Origin: Desulfobacterales bacterium
GTDB taxonomy: Bacteria; Desulfobacterota; Desulfobacteria; Desulfobacterales; SG8-13
Assembly (NCBI GenBank): GCA_049283795.1
Contig: JBAPWQ010000132.1
Location: 1 to 48,967, forward strand
Length of the DNA: 48,967 nucleotides
Direction of reading: 5' to 3'
The notes beneath the pieces are model-generated. The model did no database searches and was not told the DNA's origin. It saw only the letters and a list, made by a program, of their open reading frames with translations. The position numbers and the translations under genes were made by a program. Numbering within the stretch: the first letter of the stretch is position 1; every line of letters begins with the position of its first letter. Below are positions 38,214-45,675 of the stretch, one piece after another.

Positions 38214-39191
38214 TTATCGATCGGGCGCGTCGGGGCGCGGGACGTCTTTTTCAGAGTAGTAATAATCGTAGCGGGAGAGAATGTCGCGGGTGAAGTTCCA
38301 GGCCTCGTTGTAGGACAATCCGCTGGCTTCCGGGATGATGATCTTGACGTAGAGCTTTTCCTGCAGGCGGTCTCTGAGCCTATCGAGCCGGGTTTCCAGT
38401 TCCGCGCGCGTGACGGGCTCGTACCCCTGGTCCCCGGGCCCGCTGAAGAGGATGCGGACCCGGCCGTCCTGACGGGAGTACTGCACGGTGACGACTTCCT
38501 TGCCCAGTGCGCTGCGCGCCGGGCGGATGAGGCGCTGGTATTTGTCTTCGAGCACCAGGTAGTCCTTGCGCTGCCTGGCCAGGGAGAGTTCCAGGTCTGT
38601 CTTCTCCGCCCCCAGGGCGACGATCAGGTCTTCCTTTTCCCCCAGACGCTCCATCAGGGCCGCGAACTTGCGGTTGAATTCCTCGATCTGACGCTCGGTC
38701 TCGGCGCTGATCGCCTTCAGCCGTTCCTCATAACCGGTGGCGAGGGCCTGTTTTTCAGATTCGGTGGCCGCCAGCCGGCGCTTCAACTCCTCGGCCTCGG
38801 CTTCGATCGCGGCCGTATTTTTCTGCAGCGCGGTAATCAGGGCCACCTTGGCCTCGAGCGTGCTCTGCACCACCTTGTTCTCGTCGCCGAGCAGGATGAT
38901 TTCCATCTGCCGCGCGCGCAACTTCTCCTCCAAATTGGTGATCACGACCTTCAGGGCGTCACGCTCGCCGCGGGTCTCCGCCAGCATCGACTCGAGCTGC
39001 CGCTCCTCGCCCTGACTCAGGACCAACTCGCGGGCCAGGTCGGCGTTTTTTATGATGACCACGACCATGGTGAGCATGAAAATCATCAGGATCACGGTCA
39101 TGATGTCCGTGAAGCTGGGCCAGATGGAGATATCGGACATCTGGCGGCGATGATTCTGCCGCAGATCGATGAAATTTTCGAAGTTGTGCAT
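38214..39191 (-). CDS. MotB/ExbD-like membrane protein: N-terminal MotB-type TM with conserved Asp, about 190 aa of coiled coil, small C-terminal alpha/beta domain; no OmpA-like domain recognised
   Basis: 325 aa. WPSFTDIMTVILMIFML resembles MotB YADFMTAMMAFFL. Residues ~45-240 are heptad-like and E/K/R/L/A/Q-rich. The C-terminus is EVVTVQYSRQDGRVRILF...LYVKIIIPEASGLSYNEAW. 12-nt gap to the upstream MotA-like gene. Confidence 0.6.
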   Translation of the reverse strand: MHNFENFIDLRQNHRRQMSDISIWPSFTDIMTVILMIFMLTMVVVIIKNADLARELVLSQGEERQLESMLAETRGERDALKVVITNLEEKLRARQMEIILLGDENKVVQSTLEAKVALITALQKNTAAIEAEAEELKRRLAATESEKQALATGYEERLKAISAETERQIEEFNRKFAALMERLGEKEDLIVALGAEKTDLELSLARQRKDYLVLEDKYQRLIRPARSALGKEVVTVQYSRQDGRVRILFSGPGDQGYEPVTRAELETRLDRLRDRLQEKLYVKIIIPEASGLSYNEAWNFTRDILSRYDYYYSEKDVPRPDAPDR

Positions 39192-39203
39192 CTTTTCAGC
39201 CGT

Positions 39204-40172
39204 CTATGGTGGCGGCGGGTCTTTCAACCGGAAGCCGTCTTTGAGCACCGTCTCGATTTTCAGCAGTTGGTCGAGGAGCTGCCGGCCCTGTTCGGCCTGG
39301 CTGTCCTGGCGGTTGGCAAGGGCCGCGAACTGCGACAGGAAGGCGCGGTTGTATTTGTTGAGGCCGGTCAGGGAGGTGCGGATGACATCGGTGCCGGCCT
39401 TCATGTCCTCGACCAGCAGCTGCAGCTCCGAGACCAGCCGCTCGGTTTTGTAGTTGACCGCCTCGGAATCGAAGGCGAATTCCGGGATGATGTGCAGCAG
39501 CACGGCTTCTTCGACCCGGCTGAGGACATAGGTTTCGAGGTCCGCCAGGCGCTGGTAGAAGAAGGTGAACACGAAGAAACAGACGATGGCGGTGGCCGTG
39601 GTGTTCAGGGCCGTGTTCATGCCCAGCAGCATCACCCCCATGCCCTCGCCGGCGGCGTTGCTGCGCAGGACCGCCGTGGCCCCGATCAGGGCGTAGATCA
39701 GCGAGACGATCGTGCCGAAGACGCCGGTCAGGATGAGCACGTTGTTGACGAACTTGGGGTAGGACAGGTTCAGGGATTCTTCGGCGACCGTGATGGCGGC
39801 GATCGCGCCGTGATTGATCGGTACCTGGCGCTCGTGCAGGCTTTTGATGGTGGCGTAGCGCCGGCCGATGAGCGAGGTTGCGGCCAGCTCTTCGGGTGCA
39901 AAGCGGCGGGTCTCCTTATCGTGTACAAACGACGCGACCTGCTGCTCCTCGCGGCCCAGATGGGCGACGGCCCTGACCAATTGAATCAGGCCGGTGAAGA
40001 AGAGCAGCAGGATGAACCCGTTGAGAACGACCGTTTTCGTGTCGACCAGGTAAACTCTGCTAAACAGGTCCTGGTGCCGCACGGCCAGGGCGGCCAGCGC
40101 GCCGACGACCACCAGCAGGGTGAGCAGCATGTGAATCAATGCGCGTCCGCTTCGGGTGCGGGTGAATGTCAT
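39204..40172 (-). CDS. MotA/TolQ/ExbB-family proton-channel-like protein (4 predicted TM helices, ~110-aa C-terminal tail)
   Basis: 322 aa from the ATG at 40172 (RBS GGGAGG at 40179-40184; ORF open to 40199). LTGVFGTIVSLIYAL and ALNTTATAIVCFFVFTFFY resemble the conserved TM3/TM4 channel blocks (LLGLLGTV.GM / AL.TT..GL..AIP). Confidence 0.6.
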   Translation of the reverse strand: MTFTRTRSGRALIHMLLTLLVVVGALAALAVRHQDLFSRVYLVDTKTVVLNGFILLLFFTGLIQLVRAVAHLGREEQQVASFVHDKETRRFAPEELAATSLIGRRYATIKSLHERQVPINHGAIAAITVAEESLNLSYPKFVNNVLILTGVFGTIVSLIYALIGATAVLRSNAAGEGMGVMLLGMNTALNTTATAIVCFFVFTFFYQRLADLETYVLSRVEEAVLLHIIPEFAFDSEAVNYKTERLVSELQLLVEDMKAGTDVIRTSLTGLNKYNRAFLSQFAALANRQDSQAEQGRQLLDQLLKIETVLKDGFRLKDPPPP

Positions 40173-40270
40173 CGGCAGCCTCCCGTGGCCGTCGGGCACA
40201 CGAACCGCGGCAGCGAGTTTGTTTTCAGCGTGCCCTGGCCGCTTTTTGGTTTATGGCTCTCAGTGAAAAA

Positions 40271-40299
40271 ACTATCCGACTTTTTCCAGTATTAGTCAA
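40271..40299 (-). promoter_or_regulatory. possible sigma-70 promoter TTGACT-N17-GATAGT upstream of the MotA/MotB-like pair
   Basis: Minus-strand -35 at 40294-40299 and -10 at 40271-40276, about 100 nt upstream of the ATG at 40172. Preceded by hairpin GCCACCGAT-tcccaa-ATCGGTGGC. Confidence 0.3.
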
Positions 40300-40382
40300 G
40301 GCCGTTAGCGCCACCGATTTGGGAATCGGTGGCGTCGATCCGGTGAGTCAATCTCGATGTCAAACGACCGATCCGGTCTTGG

Positions 40383-41231
40383 TTACCTCCCCACAGGACA
40401 GGAAAGTTCGCATTTACGGCAGTATTTGATAATTTTGACCGGTTCATCGAAACCTTCAACGATTTGCTTCCTGGCCATATCGTTGTCCAGCTCCATCTGA
40501 ACATTGCACGTTGGACGGGAATAGACGCCGCTCCGTCCCGGGAGTCGTTTTTGACCGTAGTCTTCCGTTTTATAGATCTGGTTGCTGAAGGCGCCTTGGG
40601 GGCAGGCTCGCCGGCAGGGCGCATCGCACCCTTCGCATGGGTCGAAGCCAAGGGGCCCGGTCGAGGGAACAGCGACATCCAATGTGAGGGCGCGCAGCCT
40701 TACCCGGGGACCATACTCCGGGGTTACCAGGATATTGTTCTTACCGATACAACCCAAGCCGGCCAGAACCGAGGCATCCTTTAGGAATGTGCCGCCTTTT
40801 TCAATGTGGTATGGAAGATGAAAGGTTTTTATACCATAGGTATCCGGGATCCAGGTGCACAGCTGCTGCACTACGTTGGCTAAAATGCGGTTCCCGGGCG
40901 GATCCACACGACCGAACCACCAATCCAATTCCGGTTTGGCAGCCGGATGTTCGACCGCGATCACCAGGACGCTTTCGGCACCCTCTGGCCAGGCTACTTC
41001 CCCCGGTTTGAGGCCCGAGGCGCTCTTCCGGGCCCCGATACCGTCACCGGCACCAGGCATTTTCGGGGCAAAGGTGAAAGACGGAGCGGTTTTTAAATTA
41101 TCCACAAGAGCAAAACCTGCCAGCGTTGCACCCAATTCTTTGGCCATTTTTATGATGGCGGACGAAGTGTTCAATATCGTGCTGGTTTTCATTTTCAGTC
41201 CTTTTCGTCCATGAGATCCTTTTTCTTTCAA
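40383..41231 (-). CDS. QueG/RdhA-superfamily 4Fe-4S protein (epoxyqueuosine-reductase-like, short form)
   Basis: 282 aa (alternative ATG at 41192 with RBS aagga). GLGCIGKNNILVTPEYGPRVRL resembles QueG GLGWIGKN. Two ferredoxin-type motifs: CEGCDAPCRRACP and CRKCELSCP. Lacks the C-terminal extension of canonical QueG. Confidence 0.6.
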   Translation of the reverse strand: MKEKGSHGRKGLKMKTSTILNTSSAIIKMAKELGATLAGFALVDNLKTAPSFTFAPKMPGAGDGIGARKSASGLKPGEVAWPEGAESVLVIAVEHPAAKPELDWWFGRVDPPGNRILANVVQQLCTWIPDTYGIKTFHLPYHIEKGGTFLKDASVLAGLGCIGKNNILVTPEYGPRVRLRALTLDVAVPSTGPLGFDPCEGCDAPCRRACPQGAFSNQIYKTEDYGQKRLPGRSGVYSRPTCNVQMELDNDMARKQIVEGFDEPVKIIKYCRKCELSCPVGR

Positions 41232-41246
41232 AAAGAAGTCATTGCC

Positions 41247-42827
41247 TCAGGCCGATTTCTTGATTTTATCCGAAGGCAAGGCAATGGTTCTGTTCTGAAG
41301 CAGTTCGGAATAGTCTTCCCGGAGCCATTTCATTAAAGACACCACCATCAGTATGAGAACCGGCATCAGCGGCAGGGCCACAATGATGGACGAGAGCTGC
41401 ACCGCCTTCAACGCGCCGGTGGAAAGAAGGCCCACGGCAAACAAGCCCAGGATGATACCCCACAGGGTGCGGTTCCAACGTGGCGGCTCCTCCGTTCCAG
41501 AGATCACACGCGTGACCTGTGAGGACAGCGTGTAGGCCGCGGAGTTGAGGGTCGTGGCCAGGAAGATGAAACAAAGCAGGGTAAACACGGGAATAAAAAG
41601 GTATTTTGACCCGGGAATAGAGTCTAATATGGCGACGATGGTTACATCGTTGGACCATCCGGACTGCTTCAGTATGCCATACACATCCAGAGTCCCGGAT
41701 GTCTGCACATGGATCGCATAGCCGCCCCAGATGGCGAAAAAGACCCAACACCCCAGACTGCCGTAAACCAGTTCACCGAAAATTACCTGCCGAATGGTTC
41801 TTCCCCGCGAGATACGGGCCACAAACAGACCCATCATGGGGGCATAGGCGACCCACCAGGCCCAGTAGAATACCGTCCAGCCCTCCGGGAACCCGCCGTT
41901 GCTGATGGGGTCCGTCCAGAGGCTCAGTTTTATAAAGTCATTGAACATGAGGCCCAGGCTGTTGCACCAGGTATTCAGGATAAAGGTCGTCGGACCGATG
42001 ATGAAGACATAAGCCAATAGAAAATAAGCGATGTAGGTGTTCAGGTCCGCCAGCTTGGCGATACCGGATTTCAAACCCGCCCAGACAGTGAAGGTGAATA
42101 GGGCGGTCCAGATGGAAAGAATAACCAGCTGCAGGCCAAAAGACATCGGCAAACCGGTCATCTTGCTCACCAGGCTGCTCACCAGCGGAACTGCCAGTCC
42201 CAGAGAAGTCCCGACGCCACCGATCATGGCGAAAATTACAACTGTGTCGATCAATTTACCGAAGAAGCCATCGGCATGGGCGCCAATCACGCCCCGGCAG
42301 GCGGCACTGAGCCGCAGTGCTGGAATTTTCTTGACATGAATGGCGTAGGAGATAGGAAAGGTGGGCAGGGCGTAAATGGCCCATGGCGTAATCCCCCAAT
42401 GAAATTGGCCGTACATTCCGGCCAGTTCGCCGATTATTCCTTTCTGACTATTGGGATCGAAATGCAGGATACTGGTGTTCATGTAATAAACCGGCTCGAT
42501 GAAGGCCCAGTAAACGATGGCGATCCCGATGCCGGCGCAAAAGATCATGGCCGCCCATGTGTAGGTGGAAAATTCCGGCTCGTCTTCGGGAGTCCCGAGC
42601 TTGATTGCCCCCCACCGACTGAAACCCAGCCAGATCAGGAAGACGACGCAAAAAAGGCCGAACAGTAAATAGAGCCATTTGAAGTTGTGTGTGATAAACG
42701 CGAAAATAGCGTCTACAGCCGCTTTCCCTTCCACGGGAAAGAGGGCGAGCAACAGGCCGGTCAAAGCCGTTACGATCACCCCGGGCCACATTAATGCGTA
42801 GTTGATTGATGATGTTTTCCCCGCCAT
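41247..42827 (-). CDS. BCCT family transporter (betaine/carnitine/choline-type)
   Basis: 526 aa from the ATG at 42827 (RBS aaggagg upstream). BCCT signature WTVFYWAWWVAYAPMMGLFVARISRGRTIRQ, plus WGAIKLG and FHWGITPWAIY. Confidence 0.9.
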   Translation of the reverse strand: MAGKTSSINYALMWPGVIVTALTGLLLALFPVEGKAAVDAIFAFITHNFKWLYLLFGLFCVVFLIWLGFSRWGAIKLGTPEDEPEFSTYTWAAMIFCAGIGIAIVYWAFIEPVYYMNTSILHFDPNSQKGIIGELAGMYGQFHWGITPWAIYALPTFPISYAIHVKKIPALRLSAACRGVIGAHADGFFGKLIDTVVIFAMIGGVGTSLGLAVPLVSSLVSKMTGLPMSFGLQLVILSIWTALFTFTVWAGLKSGIAKLADLNTYIAYFLLAYVFIIGPTTFILNTWCNSLGLMFNDFIKLSLWTDPISNGGFPEGWTVFYWAWWVAYAPMMGLFVARISRGRTIRQVIFGELVYGSLGCWVFFAIWGGYAIHVQTSGTLDVYGILKQSGWSNDVTIVAILDSIPGSKYLFIPVFTLLCFIFLATTLNSAAYTLSSQVTRVISGTEEPPRWNRTLWGIILGLFAVGLLSTGALKAVQLSSIIVALPLMPVLILMVVSLMKWLREDYSELLQNRTIALPSDKIKKSA

Positions 42828-42953
42828 GGTTTCCTCCTTTTCTCTGTTCAGGATGAGGTTCGGACATTGTGATTTGGGTCTCATGCCAATCAAAAAGATC
42901 CCCCGAACCCGGTGGTTGTAAGGTGATGCCGCGCAGGCATCGTTCGGGGTCTT

Positions 42954-42970
42954 CAGCAAATGGCGTGCCG
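42954..42970 (-). promoter_or_regulatory. sigma-54 (-24/-12) promoter upstream of the BCCT gene
   Basis: The minus strand reads cGGCAC-GCCAT-TTGCt. It matches TGGCAC-N5-TTGC with correct spacing, about 130 nt upstream of the BCCT ATG. A sigma-54 activator gene lies immediately upstream. Confidence 0.65.
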
Positions 42971-43109
42971 GTGGTCGGAAACGTTACCGGTTCTGGATGG
43001 CGGATTTACGATTTGAGAGGTAACTTGTTTAAATCATGTTGGATATATATTGAGTAAAAGACGGCAGGTGTGGATCAAACTTAATGGCAAAAAATAATCA
43101 CGTCAAAAT

Positions 43110-43136
43110 TGTAAAAAACGTAAAAATAACTTTACA
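43110..43136. promoter_or_regulatory. candidate enhancer (UAS) inverted repeat TGTAAA-N15-TTTACA
   Basis: Lies in an AT-rich spacer about 150-175 bp upstream of the -24/-12 element, a typical distance for bEBP binding sites. Confidence 0.3.
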
Positions 43137-43229
43137 CAAAAAAACAAATAAATTTTACTTAAAGGTCCCGTGAGCCTGTTCAGTGGCGAATATTCGAGAA
43201 AGGCTTGATTGATCCGGAAGCCCAAGCGG

Positions 43230-44726
43230 CTATTTAAACCGGAGGCCGTGTTTTTTCACCTTGTAATTCAGCAATTGACGGGAGATACCAAGCTTTCTGG
43301 CGGCTTCGGCCAAGTTTTCACCTGATTCGGCCAGGGCCTTATTAATATTGTCGATCTCCAGGCGTTTTTTCATTTCCTGGATGCTGATCTTGGGGGGGCA
43401 GGAAGCGGCAGACCGGGATGGTTTCGGTCCGATTTGCGGAAAATCTTCACTCGGGCTGGGAGACAAGAAAGGCAGGGCTGGTCGGTTTTCGGAGGCGTGT
43501 TGAAAACGGGCCAACTGGTCGAGATGGAAATTTAGGTGCTTAAGATTAATTAGTTTTTCATTGGGGCTGACCAGATTCACAGCGCCCTCGATCACGTTTT
43601 CCAGCTCCCGGACGTTGCCGGGCCAATTATAATTCCAAAAAAGATCCATCACCCGACTGGAAACACCAATCAGGTTTTTAGCCAGTGCGAGATTGTATTT
43701 GAGAAGGAAGTGTCGCACCAGCTCTTCGAGGTCCAGTTTGCGTTCCCGAAGAGGCGGTATCTTGATGGAAATAACCGCCAGGCGATAGAACAGGTCCATG
43801 CGGATGATCCCGCGGCGCACCGCCTCTTGAGGATCGATGTTCATGGAACTCATAATCTTGAGTTCGACCTTTATATTCTCCAGCGAACCGACCCGACGGA
43901 CCTCGTTTTCCTGGAGCACCCGCAAGAGCTTGCCTTGAAGACCTATAGGCAGAGAGTTGATTTCGTCCAGAAAGATGGTGCCGTTGTTGGCCTTTTCGAA
44001 CAGCCCGGCCCGGTCAACGGCCCCGGTGTAGGCTCCTTTGGAGGTGCCGAAGAGAATCCCTTCGATGAGGGTTTCGGGAATGGCGGCGCAGTTAATGGCG
44101 ATATAATGCCGTTTCTTGCGGTAATAAAAATTATGGATGGACTGGGCGAAGAGTTCTTTGCCGACCCCAGTTTCCCCGCAGAGAAGAACATGCGACGGTG
44201 AATTAGCTGCCATTTTGGCCGTTTTTAAGGCATGGATAAACTCCGGGGCCGAACCGATGATGTTGGCAAAGGTGAATTGGGTTCCTTCGGCAAAGATCTC
44301 GTTATTTTTAGGCATCAAAAACGACGGGATGCTTCGCTCGAGGATATTGTAGTCCTTTACGAAGCAAATTGTTCCGATCATCTCCTTGGTGCGATTGTAA
44401 AGAGGAAACACGCTGTGGATGGTATTGCCCACGTTGGCCTTCTTGGATCGATAGGACAGGGCGTAGTTGATGATTGGCCGGCCGTGCTTGATGCAACGCA
44501 TGCAGGTACTCGAGTCGTTATCGTATTCGTAGACGTCGGTGATCTTCTTGCCGAGGGCTTCACCGGGGTCTAGATTGTCGATCTTGGCCTGAGTCTCATT
44601 GTAGTACACCATCGTGCCATCCATATCGGTCATCAGAACACCCTGATCGAAATCGTCGAATAGCTCCAGGAAATCGATTTCCTCGAACTTGAGTCTCCCT
44701 TGCCAACGGTATTTATTCAACCCCAT
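43230..44726 (-). CDS. sigma-54-dependent transcriptional activator (PAS - AAA+ - Fis-type HTH)
   Basis: 498 aa. N-terminal PAS-like domain, Walker A GETGVGKE, GAYTGA (GAFTGA variant), Walker B GTIFLDEI, and C-terminal HTH NLAEAARKLGISRQLLNYKVKKHGL. Confidence 0.9.
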   Translation of the reverse strand: MGLNKYRWQGRLKFEEIDFLELFDDFDQGVLMTDMDGTMVYYNETQAKIDNLDPGEALGKKITDVYEYDNDSSTCMRCIKHGRPIINYALSYRSKKANVGNTIHSVFPLYNRTKEMIGTICFVKDYNILERSIPSFLMPKNNEIFAEGTQFTFANIIGSAPEFIHALKTAKMAANSPSHVLLCGETGVGKELFAQSIHNFYYRKKRHYIAINCAAIPETLIEGILFGTSKGAYTGAVDRAGLFEKANNGTIFLDEINSLPIGLQGKLLRVLQENEVRRVGSLENIKVELKIMSSMNIDPQEAVRRGIIRMDLFYRLAVISIKIPPLRERKLDLEELVRHFLLKYNLALAKNLIGVSSRVMDLFWNYNWPGNVRELENVIEGAVNLVSPNEKLINLKHLNFHLDQLARFQHASENRPALPFLSPSPSEDFPQIGPKPSRSAASCPPKISIQEMKKRLEIDNINKALAESGENLAEAARKLGISRQLLNYKVKKHGLRFK

Positions 44727-45057
44727 GACTAACCCCTGTTGATTTTGAATCCGGATAGATATGATAAGAAACGATATACTGAAAAGATGAGTAGTTTATG
44801 TGAACACAGGCAAAAAATTATCCGCATGACAATGAAAGAAAAGTGGCAAATCAGGTATACTCTATTGAGGAAACATAGCGATGTCAAAGTAAGTTTGCAC
44901 CAGGGCAGAGAAGAAAACAACATCGCTGTGTGCGGATGCAAGATATTGTATAATCATTATTTTATTTGCGTGTTTCCGGGCGCGATGGTATGCGGTGAGG
45001 ATCGCAATGTTAGATTATTCTATACCCTATTATCAAGGCACACGAGAGGAGAAGCGT

Positions 45058-45594
45058 ATGAACCTGTTACTCGAGCGCATGCTGCGGGCCGCCAAACTTG
45101 ACGTTGCGCTTTACGAGGAAGTCGAAGCCGACCGCACCACGATGGGCCAGGCGATGACGGTGGTCGTCATTTCGAGCGTGGCGGCGGGCATCGGCAATAT
45201 CGGCCACATGGGTCTCGGGGGCATTGTGACCGGAACGCTGGGCGCCCTGTTGGGGTGGTACGTCTGGGCCCTGCTGGCCTACTATATCGGGACGAAGTGG
45301 CTGCCCGAGCCGCAAACCCGCGCCGATGTCGGCGAGCTGCTGCGCACGACCGGCTTTTCCAGTTCGCCGGGAGTGATCCGCATCCTGGGCTTTTTGCCGG
45401 GGATCGGCGGGCTTGTTTTCTTCATTGCCGGTGTCTGGCAGCTGGTCGCGATGGTCATCGCGGTCCGGCAGGCCCTCGACTATACGTCCAACGGGCGCGC
45501 GATCGGCGTTTGCCTCATCGGCTGGGTCATCCAGGGGGCCGTGCTGTTTCTGGTGATGTGGCTTTCGGGGGCCGCGCACACGCCGGCCGGGTAG
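45058..45594 (+). CDS. Yip1-domain integral membrane protein
   Basis: 178 aa from the ATG at 45058 (RBS gaggag upstream). LDVALYEEVEADRTTMGQAMTVVV followed by 4-5 hydrophobic helices, typical of Yip1-family proteins. Confidence 0.6.
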   Translation: MNLLLERMLRAAKLDVALYEEVEADRTTMGQAMTVVVISSVAAGIGNIGHMGLGGIVTGTLGALLGWYVWALLAYYIGTKWLPEPQTRADVGELLRTTGFSSSPGVIRILGFLPGIGGLVFFIAGVWQLVAMVIAVRQALDYTSNGRAIGVCLIGWVIQGAVLFLVMWLSGAAHTPAG

Positions 45595-45675
45595 CGGCGA
45601 TTAAGGGCTGCGGGAAAAAAGAAATCGCACCTCGTTTGCCGATCACGTCCATCGCCGGCGCTGACCGGTATCGGG

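Noticed and set aside
38214-40172. MotA/MotB-like pair considered as a Zorya anti-phage system (ZorAB).
   Set aside because: There are no ZorC/ZorD/ZorE-type effector genes adjacent. The A subunit lacks the very long ZorA tail. The B subunit lacks an obvious peptidoglycan-binding domain. It is retained as an uncharacterised stator-like pair rather than called Zorya.
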